Shown: positions 1 to 12,234 of the stretch, piece after piece | Numbering within the stretch: position 1 is the first letter of the stretch | Layout of the letters: the number at the start of each line of letters is the position of its first letter | From: Octopus sinensis | Taxonomy: Eukaryota | Assembly: GCF_006345805.1 (NCBI RefSeq) | Contig: NC_042998.1 | Coordinates: 82,956,001-83,020,000, forward strand | Direction of reading: 5' to 3' | Length of the DNA: 64,000 bases | Position numbers and translations under genes: made by a program | The notes under the pieces: generated by a model | Databases searched by the model: none | What the model was told of the DNA's origin: nothing | The model's input: the letters and a program-made list of their open reading frames with translations, nothing else

Positions 1-60
1 ATACTTCATGGATAAAAAATTCCTTTATTTCATCCGTTGTTTTTTATTTATGAGCTTCAT

Positions 61-440
61 AGGCACAAGAGTGGCTGTGTGGTAAGTAGCTTGCTTTCCA
101 ACCACATGGTTCCGGGTTCAGTCCTACTGTGTGGCACCTTGGACAAATGCCTTCTACTGTATCCTTGGGCTAACCAAAGCCTTGTGAGTGGATTTGGTTA
201 ACTGAAACTGAAAGAAGCCTGTCATGTGTGTGTGTGTGTTTGTCTGTATTTGTCTCTCCACTATCACTTGACAACCGATGTTGGTGTGTTTATGAGCCCA
301 TAATCTAGCAGTTCAGCAAAAGAGACCGATAGAATAAGTACTAGGCTTACAAAGAATAAGTCCTGGAGTCGATTTGTTCAACTAAAGGCGGAGCTCAAGC
401 ATGGCCACACTCAAGATGACTGAAAACAAATAAAAGGAAA
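61..440 (+). mobile_element. tRNA-derived SINE (family 'A', with internal microsatellite)
   Basis: A-box-like TGGCTGTGTGG and B-box-like GGTTCAGTCC head, internal (TG)n, 3' body ...ataagtactaggcttacaaagaataagtcctgg...; similar copies at 2246/8628, 16385, 24140, 48740, 60750. Confidence 0.8.
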
Positions 441-689
441 AATTCTGTAACAAGTCATAGACTAGTAAACTCAATCCCTTGCCATATTCTTAGTTGTATC
501 TTTGTATACCAAGGTTGATGTTTTCATTCTTTCGTGGCTGATCACCAATAATTACCAAATACTGAAATTAATTTAATCAACAATATCCTTTCTCAAAATG
601 ACATGATTTTATGCTCACATTTGAAATCTTTTACAACAATAATTATCAATTAGCCAGCAGTACATCTTACAAGTTGGCCAGGGGGAGAA

Positions 690-1745
690 ACTAGAAGTAG
701 TTGATAGCTTCTGCAACCTAGGTGACCAAGTTTGTAGTGGGGATGGATGCTCAGGGAGTGCTACCACAAGAATAAGAATAGCTTGAGTAAAGTTTAGAAA
801 GCTTCTACCACTACTGGTGACAAAGGGCTTCTCACTCAGAGTAAATGGTAGATTGTACGATGCATATGTGCAAACTGCCATGCTTCACGGCAGTGAAACA
901 CGGGCCATGACTGCTGAAGACATGTGTAGGCTTGAAAGAAATGAAGCTAGCATGATCCGTTAGACGTGTAATGTCAGTGTGCATACACGACAGAGTGTAA
1001 GTGCCCTGAGAGAAATGTTGGACATAACAAGCATTGGGTGTGGCATGCAAGAGAGATGTTTGCATTGGTATGGTCATGTACTACAGATGGATGAGCAGAG
1101 CTGTGTGAAGAAGTGCCACTCCCAAACAGTTGAAGGAAAACGGGGTAGAGGGAGAGCCAGGAAGACATGGGATGAGGTGGTGAAGCATGACCTTCAAACG
1201 TTGGACCTCACAGAGGCAATGATGAAAGACTGAGACCTCTCGAGATATGCTGTGATTGAGAAGACCCGGCAAATAAAGTGAGGTCACAACTGTAACCTAT
1301 ACCAGTGTTGCATAACCAGCCCACTCAAAAGTACCTTGGATCATAGGGTAACATGCTGTGCTTGAGGAGACCTATTGAGTCAAGTACATCAAAATCAAAA
1401 TCAAATCGAAATTGTAGCTGTAATCTCTGTGCAGGTGGCACATAAAAAGCACCATCTGAACATGGCTGATACTTGTGCCACCTTGACTGGCTTCCATGCC
1501 AGTGGTACATAAAAAGCACCTACCGATAATGGTCATTGCCAGCCTCCTCTGGCCCCTGTACAGGTGGCACGTAAAAAGCACATACTACACTCTCGGAGTG
1601 GTTGGCGTTAAGATAGGCATCCAACTGTAGAAATAATGCAAGATCAGACTGGAGCCTGGTGCAGCCTCCAGGCTTCCCAGACCCCAGTCGAACCATCCAA
1701 CCCATGCTAGCATGGAAAATGGGCGTTAAGCGATGATGATGGTGA
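690..1745 (+). mobile_element. 5'-truncated RTE-clade LINE (ORF2 C-terminus + 3' UTR + (GAT)n tail)
   Basis: ORF 979-1233 reads LHWYGHVLQMDEQSCVKK...GKRGRGRARKTWDEV (RTE ORF2 C-terminus); 3' UTR with gtggcac(g/a)taaaaagcacc repeats; tail cgttaagcgatgatgat. Confidence 0.85.
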
Positions 1746-2245
1746 TAAAACTCAGATACAAGGGAAAACAAAAAAAACTAACATGTGAAGATATTACTAT
1801 AATTTATTTTGGAAAATAGTAAAACAAAAGTGATTGTAAAAATCATAATTGAAACTGTGCCGTCACCATACTGTTGACTAGACAGTGTCTCTTGTAACTG
1901 AGATAAGTTAACAGATGTCGATGTTGAAGATTTGGTGCCCAAGAAGGTAAGGGGCATTAACAATATGAAAGCAGACAAAAAAAAATAGGGAAAGAATTAT
2001 AAGCAAAACAATTGGAGTGAATAGAAGACAATAGATTCAAACAGTTAATAACACTAAAATAGGTAACTTTATTGACCTAATGTATTTCATTAATTTGCAA
2101 AAAGAAAAAAGGAATATTAATTTATGCTTGTAATTTACACCTGCAATTAACATGTGTCATGATCATTTAGTATGAACCTTGGATGTTTTGTAAAACAAAA
2201 ATAAAAGCTGTGGGAAATGAATTATATGATTTTGTTTTCATTTTG

Positions 2246-2404
2246 TGAGTGGCTGAGTGGTCAGTAGCTTGCTTACCAACCACATGGTTCTGGGTTCAGT
2301 CCCACTGTGTGGTACCTTGGGCAAGTGTCATCTACTATAGCCTCGAGCTGACCAAAGCCTTGTGAGTGGATTTAGTAGACGGAAACTGAAAAAAGCCCAT
2401 CGTA

Positions 2405-2438
<34 letters not shown>
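2246..2438 (+). mobile_element. SINE family A, 5' half (interrupted by Helitron)
   Basis: Same head as the 61-440 copy, ending in (TA)n at the Helitron 5' TC. Confidence 0.8.
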
Positions 2439-2443
<5 letters not shown>

Positions 2444-3467
2444 ATATATAAACGGCAGTTTGTCTGTGCGTGCTTCTGTGTGTCTGTTTTCTCGTACCCT
2501 CACCCTGACCACGGCTTTCAACCGATTCTGATGAAACTTGACACACACATAGCCCAATGTCATAATTCAAAACTAACGCAGCGAAAATTTTGAAAAGTTC
2601 CCCCAGTTCTGAAAAAAATTGATAAATTCGACATGGGGTCGAGAATCATAAACATGAACCACAGACTGTCTAGGGGACGCAACTCGAGAATCTAAGCTTT
2701 TTTTATGCAACGCATTATCTATGGTAGTTTTCTCAACTGCAATCGATTTTCACCAAACTCATGGTGAAGCTTAATGTTACCCTAAGAAACTCAATTCTGA
2801 CGTTAGTTTTCCATGCAATACCTTACCATCAGAAACAATCGATAAAATCATGCCATTTTGGGAAATCGCGTTCAAATTCAAGATGACATATTTTCGACAA
2901 TATCTTTCACAAATGGCAGGAATCTTTTTTTTTTTTCACAACGAGCATCATGTCTGCTCCAAGGAGCTATATAGCCCTTTTTATTCCAATAGGATACATT
3001 ATTGGAAAAAATCGGTTAATTTAATCATATGTGGCACACATAGCAAACAAATTTGTGTATTAAACACAAACCAGACTGTCTAGGGGACGCAACTTGACCT
3101 TTTTAGCTATCGATAATTCGATCCAACCAATTCCTACCAGGAAGAAATTACATTCGAGACTTTACCCCCAACACCGCCACTTCTGCTAATAGCTGCTGCA
3201 GCCGCAAGTTATTCGAATACTTTTTTTGTTTAAACTTTCTTTATAACTACCACCCCAAACGTTTTACCTTCAATTTTTGACGTACCCTAACGGTCCTCGG
3301 ACGCTACTTGCAAACTCTTGGTTTATTATAAACCACTTTTGTCGTGTGCATCAAAAAAAAATTTCCTTTCGTTTGTTCAGTTTGATCACTTTTGACTTTT
3401 TCGTTGTTGTCACTCACATTGCTGCCAGCTTTTTGGCCGTTTTTGTACTTTTTATACATTTTCGGAT

Positions 3468-3650
3468 ACTTACCCCACGAGCTCCTTTTTATTACACCTT
3501 TACCAAACACATTGCTATCCACCAAAATACTTACCCCACGTGTTCCTTTTTATTACACCTTTGCCAAACACATTGCTATCCACCAAAATACTTACCCCAC
3601 GTGTTCCTTTTTATTACACCTTTGCCAAACACATTGCTATCCACCAAAAT
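3468..3650 (+). repeat. Three tandem 61-bp repeats in Helitron leader
   Basis: Unit acttaccccacgtgttcctttttattacacctttgccaaacacattgctatccaccaaaat at 3468, 3529, 3590. Confidence 0.95.
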
Positions 3651-6600
3651 GCCACCCAAGAAGAGAAGGACCCTCCTCAGCCCTCGGACGGCCAAGGCAT
3701 CGGCTGCTAGGGCTAGAAGGGCACGCGAGACCCACGAGGAAACCGCCTTGCGCCTCTTGCAAACAGCTTCCCGTTATGCCGCTGCTCAGGCATCTGAAAC
3801 TACTAGCGACCGTTCTACCCGACTTGCAAGGGTCGCAGCGTACAGATCTTCCCTCCGCTCGAGGTTGACGAAAGAGCAACAGTCCAGCCAAAACATGCGG
3901 GCTTCTTACTGTGCTTCCATCCGCAGAGCTCGCGAGAACCCCGAACAAAGGGCCATTCGGAATGCGGCTAACGCCACTAGCACCGCCAGGACACGATCTG
4001 TCGAAACCTCACAGCAGAGGAGAACTCGCCAAGATGCTGACGCCGCAAACAAAGCCATGGCCAAAGCTGCCGAAACACATCAACAGAGGAGAGCTCGCCA
4101 AGCTGCTAACGCCGCAAACACAGCCAGGGCTCGATCTGCCGAAACTCCACACCAACGGACTATTCGGACATCCAGACATGCCATTAACACTGCTTCTGCT
4201 AGGGCTTCAGAGGGTGCTGAGGCGAGAGCTGAAAGGCTTTCAAGGGATGCCACTGCTACCGCTGTCGCACGTGCATCTGAATCTGCTGCTGAGGCACGGT
4301 GCACTCGACTTGAGAGTATCAACAATCGTGATATCATTCGTGGTGTACGTACCCCTGCCCCCGCTTTCTGGTTGTCACTAGCATTCAACTACGACGCCAC
4401 AATTAACTTCTTGCGTGACGACATCAAGATAGGGTCAATGACAATTGTATGCCAGTTTTGCAAAGCCAAGAAATGGCCCGGAGAGCCACCTGGTTTGTGC
4501 TGCTCTGGTGGCAAAGTGGACCTGCCACCCCTACGGAACCACCTCAACTACTGAAGGATCTCGCGGCGGGTTTAACCCCCGATTCGTCACAATTCCTTGA
4601 AATAATTCGAAAGTACAACTGCTCATTCCAAATGACCTCTTTCGGGGCCAAAATTCCTCCCAGAGAAGGCTGGATGCCTACTTTCAAAGTGCAGGGACAG
4701 GTCTACCATCTTATTGGGTCACTTCTGCCAGACGAGATTCAGCAGTCTTCTTTCCTCCAATATACTTCATTGCCGACTACAACCACCAGGTTGATGCACG
4801 CCTTGGAATAATACCGGGTACAAGCTATGTTCCCCGCAAGACATTCTTCTCCGTCTCCAAACCATGCTTCATGATATCAACAGCTACGTCTGCAGCTTCA
4901 GATATGCCTTGGACAGTGCTCCATCTCCAAACTTCACCGTTGTCATTGATGCTGATAAACGACCCCACGGGGAGCACGAACGCCGTTTCAACGCCCTGCG
5001 TGCAACGAAATTGCCGCAGTCATACACGGAGAGCAACACAACAGCCGTGACATAATCATCTCCTCCCGTGGTAACAACCTACACAGGATCAGCGAGACTC
5101 ACAGATCTTATGACGCGCTTCAGTATCCATTGCTTTTCCCTTATGGGAAGACGGCTACCACTTCGGAATTCCTTTAACGGCAGCCCTCCAATCAAACTAC
5201 TGCGGCATCAAAGACGGTTTCCTGCAGGGCGTTCTACTCATACCGGTTCATGGTCAGGGAGGGTGAGTTCAACTTATTGCCCCGTTGTCGTCAGCTATGC
5301 AACCAGTTCGCCGTCGACATGGCCGCAAAATGGAATCGGAAAGGCCTGCTATACATTAAACTTAATCAGACCAACTTCGCTCCGACTCCTACATTCATCT
5401 CCGTGACGGTTTGCAACAAGAAAATGACCCTCGCAACATCGGCAAGCCATGCATTCTACCCTCCACCTTCACGGGGGACCGCGATATATGCGTGAAAGGA
5501 CCCAAGACGCCTTGACCTACGTGCGCATTTACGGCCGGCCGGACCTCTTTATCACCTACACGTGCAATCCCAGCTGCGACGAAATCACTCGCGAACTCCT
5601 CCCGGTCAATCTCACACCCATCGACACGACATCGTTGCTAGGGTTTTCCGTCTGAATTTGGGCAAAAAAAGAGTTTTGATAGTTAAGGGTCAGATTTTCG
5701 GGCATGTCGGTGCCACATGTTTTCGGTCGAGTGGCAAAAGAGGGGCTTGCCACATGCTCACATCTTAATTTGGCTCACTCATAAAATCGAGACTAATGAC
5801 ATTGACAATTTCTTTTCCGCCGAGATTCCTGACCCCGATGAGGACCCCGGACTCTACGAAATTGTCCGCACTACCATGGTACACGGGCCCTGTGGACCAA
5901 ATTACGCCAACACCACCATGTTACAAAAACGGATTAGCCTGCTCAAAGGGATTCCCTAAACGGTTCACTTTGGAGACTCAAACAGGCGGCGATGGGTATC
6001 CGCTGTACAAACGAAGGAGTCCAGCCAATGGAGGTCGCACGATTACGGTTGGCGACATCAAGTGGACAACAGCTACATTGTCCCCTACTGTCCTCTCCTG
6101 TCGAAGATATTCAAAGCCCACGTCAACGTTGAGTTCTGCAGCTCCATCAGGTCAATACAATATGTCTGCAAATATATCAACAAAGGCAGCGATGCTGCCA
6201 TGTTCAGCATCCAGAGGACCACCAGTCGCGACGAAGTGTCCAACTACTTGGCTGGCCGGTACCTCAGCAGCAACGAAGCGTTTTGGCGCATTTACGGCTT
6301 CCCGCTCCATCAGAGACACCCGGCTGTGGTACAGCTTGCTGTACACTTGGAAAATGGACAGCGGATTTACTTCACAGAGCAAAGTGCTGTGCAGATAGCC
6401 ACCAGCCCTAAAGACACAACGTTGACTGGTTTATTCAAATTATGCCAACGTGATGACTTCGCTCGAACGCTTTTGTACCCACAGGTCCCATCGTACTTCG
6501 TGTGGTCTAAAAAAACCTGGGTTCGACGGAAATCCGGCAAAAAACGTCGAAAGCTTCCCAGGCGTCAAGTTTGACTCCTGCCTGGGTCGAGTTTACAACA

Positions 6601-8505
6601 TCCGCCAAACCAGCAAGAATGCTTCTACCTCCGTCTCCTTCTACATGAGGTCACTGGTCCAACAGGTTTCGCCAATATACGTACCGTCAATGGGGTTCTG
6701 TGCGACACCTTCAGAGAAGCATGTATGAGACTTGGCCTTCTAGAGGATGACTCCCAGTGGGACGCCACGATGGCAGAGGGTGCTTTACTGCAAACGCATT
6801 CGGCCCTACGACATTTTTCGCAATCCTTCTTCAAAAATGTCAGCTTAGTGATCCACTAAGTCTCTGGATGAAATACAGGGATGACATGTCGCACGACTTC
6901 TTAAGTACGGCTCAGCAACAGTGCCCTTCCGCCGAGATCACGTTCACCAACTTCATTTACAATTTTGCGCTCATTCAACTCGAAGACGCTGTCACCGATA
7001 TGGGTGGGTCTGCTTTAACAGAGTACGGCCTTCCACCACCCACACGTGAACACGCCAATGTTATGTCTGCTGAATTGTTACGCGAAACTTCCTACTGCAT
7101 TGAGGAACTGCACCAGTACGTCCAAGATAATGAACCACGGCTGCTTCCAGACCAGCGCATAGCCTACAACACCATCGTAGACTCTGTCAGACAACAACGT
7201 GGGGGGATTTTCTTCCTTGATGCACCCGGCGGCACTGGCAAAACCTTCGTCACTAAACTAATTCTGGCAGAGGTCAGACGCAACACGGACATTGCCCTGG
7301 CTGTAGCTTCCTCTGGTATCGCGGCCACGTTGCTTCCGGGTGGCAGAACCGCCCACTCTGCCTTCAGACTCCCGCTCGATCTGGCAAAGTCCGAGTCACC
7401 TATCTGCAACATCGCCAAGAACTCAGAACAGGCCGACATTCTGCGCAGATGCAAACTCATCGTATGGGACGAGTGCACTATGGCACACAAAGGTGCCCTT
7501 GAGGCACTGGACAGGTCCCTGCAAGACATCAGAGACTCTACGGCCCCCATGGGAGGATTAACTTTACTTCTTTCAGGAGACTTCAGGCAGACTCTACCTG
7601 TTATTCCAAAAGGAACCCGTGCCGATGCCGTGCGCGCGTGCCTTAAGTCGTCAGCTCTTTGGGCACATGTGCGGCCCTTGCACCTCCAAACTAACATGCG
7701 CGCGCAGTTAATTGGTGACAGCGGATCCGCTGCATTCTCCAGGGACCTCTTATCGCTCGGTGAAAATAGGATGCTGTCTGATGCGGATGGCTACGTTCAA
7801 TTGGACTCACTTTGCACCATTGTCGACACCCCTGCTAGCCTCCGGGACGCTGTCTTCCACGACCTACAAAACATTTACGCGACCTAAAATGGCTTGCAGG
7901 CAGAGCTATTCTCGCACCCAAAAATACAAACGTCAACTCCATCAATATCCAGCTACTTGAAGCTATTCCTGGTGATGTCCACGTCTACAAATCTATAGAT
8001 AGGACAGCAGACCCCGCCCAGCTTGCCGATTATCCTGTTGAATTCCTGAATTCACTTGAACCGCCAGGCCTGCCACCACACATCCTGAAGTTAAAAGTCG
8101 TGCGCCCTTATGCTCATCAGGAATTTGGTTCCACCTAAACAGTGCAACGGCACACGTTTGGTTGTGAAACATTTGGCACCACATTTAATAACGGCCACAA
8201 TACTTACCGGTTGTGGGAAGGCAGAGGACGTCTTCATTCTACGGATGCACCTTCAACCGTCGGGCGCTGACCTACCAATCCACTTCAGGCGTTCTCAGTT
8301 TCCTGTTAAACTCTGCTTCGCAATGTCCATCAATAAATCCCAAGGCCAAACGCTACAAGTCGTTGGGTTACATTTGGGCGAACAGTGCTTCGCCCACGGT
8401 CAACTCTACGTGGGCTGTTCACGCGTTGGGAGGCGCAATGATGTTTTCATGTTTTCGCCCAAACGGACAGCTAGGAACATCGTATATACAGAAGTATTCC
8501 AGTGA
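3649..8505 (+). pseudogene. Helitron Rep/helicase (HUH endonuclease + Pif1 helicase), frameshifted
   Basis: MPPKKRR start; CQFCKAKKWPGEPPGLCC Zn-finger-like motif; Rep motifs FITYTCNP, VEWQKRGLPHAHIL, QYVCKYINKG; Pif1 motifs DAPGGTGKTF, VWDECTM, GDFRQTLP, FAMSINKSQGQTL, HGQLYVGCSRV. Pieces lie in different frames. Confidence 0.92.
3727..4350 (+). repeat. Nine 23-aa STPR-like coding repeats in Helitron N-terminus
   Basis: Exact 69-nt period: ETHEETALRLL.., ETTSDRSTRLA.., LTKEQQSSQNM.., ENPEQRAIRNA.., ETSQQRRTRQD.., ETHQQRRARQA.., ETPHQRTIRTS.., EGAEARAERLS.., ESAAEARCTRL.. Confidence 0.8.
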
Positions 8506-8627
8506 AGACAAGACATTGCAACGTCCACATGCACCTTCGTTCCCTGGAGGGAAAGGACTACATTGGGATTAGTCGTTGCCTACTAGGGGCTCTTACATAC
8601 CCGGGCAACGCCGGGCTATGCTGCTAG

Positions 8628-8880
8628 TATATATATATATACATGTATGTGTGTATGTTTGTATCTGTGTTTGTTCCCCGCCACCAACATCGCTTGATAA
8701 CCAATGGTAGTATGTTTACATCCCCGGTAAATTAGCAGTTTGGCAAAAGAAACCGATAGAATAAGTACTAGGCTTACAAAGAATAAGTCCTGGGGTCAAT
8801 TTACTCGACTAAAAAAGGTGGTGCTCCAGCATGGCTGCAGTCAAATGACTGACACAAGTAAAAGAATAAAAGAATAATTG
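8628..8880 (+). mobile_element. SINE family A, 3' half (resumes after Helitron)
   Basis: (TA)n then the same 3' body as 240-440 and 24480-24700. Confidence 0.8.
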
Positions 8881-9419
8881 TTGGTGTGTAAAAGGTCAGA
8901 AAAGTGGGGAAATGTTTGAAATCAGAAAAATTGTGTTGAAACTATTAAGTATGGATAAATGATTATTGAGAATCACCCCAAAAATTTGCACTAGAAGATA
9001 ATTATTTAGTACAAAGAGGATTTTTAAACAATTCAATAAATTTGTAGGCATCGTTGAAAAGAAATGATAATGAAGCTGTTTATAATTAAGGAGAAACTTC
9101 TAGAAATTTCAGACTTCATGAAGTTACATGCAGACACTGTGTCTCTCTTCTGGTGGAAATATAACCAGTTCTTCACTGTTCTCTTCTTCCATCCCAGTTT
9201 CTTTTAGCACAGATTAATAACATAATACCCTCCGGTCAAAAGGGATATACTGGATTCACTTGGCCAGTTGATGTGCAATGTAACTGAAGAAAACACTTTG
9301 GTTATTTCTTTGCATTGAACCTCATCTAGTCTTCATTTATGGACTGAGACAAGATGAAAGTTTATCAGAGCTTTACTTCAAAGAAAACAATAAACAGCTA
9401 ATTAGCTTCAGAAGTTCGA

Positions 9420-9425
<6 letters not shown>

Positions 9426-9513
<88 letters not shown>

Positions 9514-9550
9514 GTCACTCTTTCTCTCTCTCCTTCCCTCCCTCCCTCTG
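9426..9550. repeat. (CT)n/(CTAT)n compound microsatellite
   Basis: Directly visible. Confidence 0.95.
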
Positions 9551-10621
9551 AAACTGAAACAACAAAGCTAGACATGAGAGTTAATTAACTTAGCAACAGA
9601 TTCCACCAAAACGAAGAATACAAGGACTTCATTAGAAGAGCTCTTTTGATACTAATCACGAGTGGTTTATAATATAAGCTGAGGTATGAGTTTTAGATGT
9701 TTTCTTTCTGGGCTGGAGCAGTAAAGTCACACACAAGTCTGCCCTTCACTGTCAAATCACTGTAAATCAAAAAACAAGAAATGGAGATAATTGCAAAAAA
9801 CTGAAAAAATTATCCTAATTTTTTCAACACACTGTATTGTCATAGGTTGCTGTATAATGAGAAATTGAAAATTTTCCAAGGTCATATCTTTAATATGTAT
9901 GATTCATGTCCTAGCAATTCAAATGTCCATTCACCAACAAAATACAGTAAGTTGACTTATTGTGTTTTGTCGGAGGATGGCTGAAGTATCACTGCTTCCA
10001 TACAATTGATGGGAAGTTGTAATCTAAGATCTCAAATAAATCTTTGAATATTTTCCTAAACCACTTCACAAATATATTTAAAGACTGGCACACCTGGTGA
10101 GCTGCATAATCTTCTTACAATAACTGTCAACTGGATATGTGAAATAGTGTGATGGAGATTTTCAAATTGAGGAGACAGTGCCAACAATTCAAAGATAGGA
10201 AGAAAAATGAACTTCCAATATTGGCGATCTTTCTTTATGAAATGTATGAAGAATTTCTAAACTTGTTCAGCTTGACAAGTGTGTTTGATTTTAAGTTTTA
10301 GAATAGTGAGAAAACAAGAACATTTCTGTTTCTTCCATTGCTTAAAGAATGTGAATAATGGAGGACACTTGAAGCAATTAATCATACAAAACATTGAAAA
10401 TGTTAACTATAGGAACTTACGGAATTTGACTTCAATGAATTGATACAGAAAATATATGCTATGACTCAAACCATGCATGATAATATCCAACAATTAAGAA
10501 ACAATGAGTGGGCTGGGGTAAAACTTGGACTCAGTGCAGCTTTAACAAACTTAGACCAATCAAAATCTTCTTGCAGTGAAGTATTAGGATTGGCTTTCCA
10601 ACAATGGATTGTATTGCCATA

Positions 10622-10935
10622 GTGAAGGTGAGTGGCTTCATGGTTAAGATATTCAGCTCACAATCATAAAGTTGTGTGTTCATTTCCTGACAGCACATTG
10701 TGTCCTTGAGCAAGACACTTTATTTCATGTTGCTCCAGTCTACTCAGCTGGCAAAAAGAAGTTGTAACTGTAATTCAAAGGACCAGACTTGTCATTCTCT
10801 GTGTCATGCTGAATCTCCCTCAGAATTACATTAAGGGTACAAATGTCCATGGAGTGCTCTGCCACTGGTACAATAACTTCATGAGAAAGCTGTTCCATTG
10901 ATTGGGTCAGCTGGAACACACATTCTCATAACCAA
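10622..10935 (+). mobile_element. tRNA-derived SINE (family 'C')
   Basis: Head gtgaagg..tggcttcatggttaag..; body ccttgagcaagacactttatttca..ttgctccagtc.actcagctg shared with ~39185-39470, ~53220-53490 and (minus) ~57520-57828. Confidence 0.7.
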
Positions 10936-10984
10936 TAGAATACCATTTTTTTTCTAATGCCATATGAAAAAATATGTTTGCTAG

Positions 10985-11312
10985 TTCAGGTATTTCAGAT
11001 TGTGTTATTGTTGTTTGTTCCTTCTCGAGCCATGCCTGGCTGATAAGGGCTAGTTTCCCGGTTTCATTGGTGTATAGGTTCCCCACCTGGACAGGATGCT
11101 GGTCCCTCACAGGGGAGCTGCTAGATGCAGGATGAAAGAGTGAGAGAAAGTTGCAGTGAAAGAGTCAGCAGAAGTTAGCCATTACCTTCTGCCAGAGCTG
11201 TGTGGAGCTTAGGTGTTTTTAGCTCATAAATACACACATCACCCGGTCTGAAATTGGAACCTGCAATCCCTCGACTGCAAGTCCGCTACTCTAACCACTA
11301 GGTAATGTGCCT
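10985..11312 (-). mobile_element. tRNA-derived SINE
   Basis: Minus-strand head tgtggaggcacattacctagtggttagagtagcggacttgcagtcgagggattgcaggttcc with A/B-box-like motifs; 3' (AAC)-type tail. Confidence 0.65.
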
Positions 11313-12009
11313 CCACATTTCAGGTTACTTTTAATATAAATTAAAAATTGGAACATTGGCTTGTCTAAGATATTTGTTAATACCACTTTTAGATGTATAG
11401 GTTAGTCTTTAGTAAAATAAAGGTGTTGTGTAGGAACTTTCTTTTTTTGTGTCAGATCATTAAGAATTCTTGTACCACTGTAACATAACCACCAGAAAGA
11501 GCAAACAGTGATTAAGAAAAAGTTGAATTTGGCCTGGAACACTTATATAAGTACATAGTGATACTTTCAGATGGAAAAAAAATAAACAAAAACTGCAAAG
11601 GGCTTGTATTTCTCATTTTCACCATCTTCATTATCATCATCCTGATTTAACATCCCTCTTCTATGCTGACATAGGTTGGAAGGTTTGACAGGATCCAACT
11701 AGTCATAGTGCTGCATCAAGCTCTTGTGTCTGCTCTGGCATTTGTTTCTATGACTGGATCATCTTCTTCCTAATGCCAGCCAAATCATGAGTGAGTTGGA
11801 TGCTTTTTTTTTCCCCATGATACCAGTATTAGTGAGATCACCAAATAACTTGTAAGAGAAAGACAAAGCCTTCTCAACTAAGTGTATCTGTAGTAGTGAG
11901 GGAAGTGACTTTATCCCAGGTGTCGAGCAGCTAAAGCATGATACAGGGACGAGAACAGGTATATTGCTGTAGAGGAGGTACATTGCTACCCCATGTTATA
12001 TAAGGGTGG

Positions 12010-12225
12010 GTAAAGGCAGAAAGCTGGCAAAATCATTAGCACACTGGACAAAATGTTTCACAGCATTTTGTCCAGCTACAAATTCTGAGTTCAAGTTCTG
12101 TTGAGGTTGACTTTGCTTTTCATCCTTTCAGGGACAATAAAATAAGTACTGATCAAGCACTGGGGTCGATTTAATCAACTAATCCCCTTCCCACAAAACT
12201 TTCAGGCTTTGTGCCTATTGTTGAC
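12010..12225 (+). mobile_element. SINE (family 'B', Deu/Nin-like central motif)
   Basis: agctggcagaatc.ttagcac..ggcaaaatgcttag..ttctgagttcaa..gttgactttgcctttcatcctttc.ggg..gataaaataagtac; copies at ~13160, 21860(-), 33495, 37595, 47545, 47775, 49075(-). Domain assignment is from memory. Confidence 0.7.
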
Positions 12226-12234
12226 AGAATTAAA

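Larger units (their letters stand above)
2439..8627 (+). mobile_element. Full-length autonomous-type Helitron
   Basis: 5' A|TCTCTATATATAAA at 2439; 3' hairpin CCCGG-gcaacg-CCGGG (8600-8615) then CTAG|T (8624-8627); A|T insertion without TSD; internal Rep/helicase coding region. Confidence 0.93.

Noticed and set aside
3277-3648. N-terminal 124 aa of ORF 3277-4554
   Set aside because: Starts at TTG and runs through the 61-bp array; the likely start is ATG 3649 (MPPKKRR).
7164-7697. Antisense ORFs over the Helitron (also 19699-20001 over CR1)
   Set aside because: Shadow frames of GC-richer transposon coding sequence.
10413-10622. 70-codon open frame ELTEFDFNELIQKIYAM... with apparent gtgaag|GTGAGT donor
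   Set aside because: The donor and adjacent stop coincide with the start of a SINE, the acceptor is weak, and no partner exon was found. A tblastn search would settle it.
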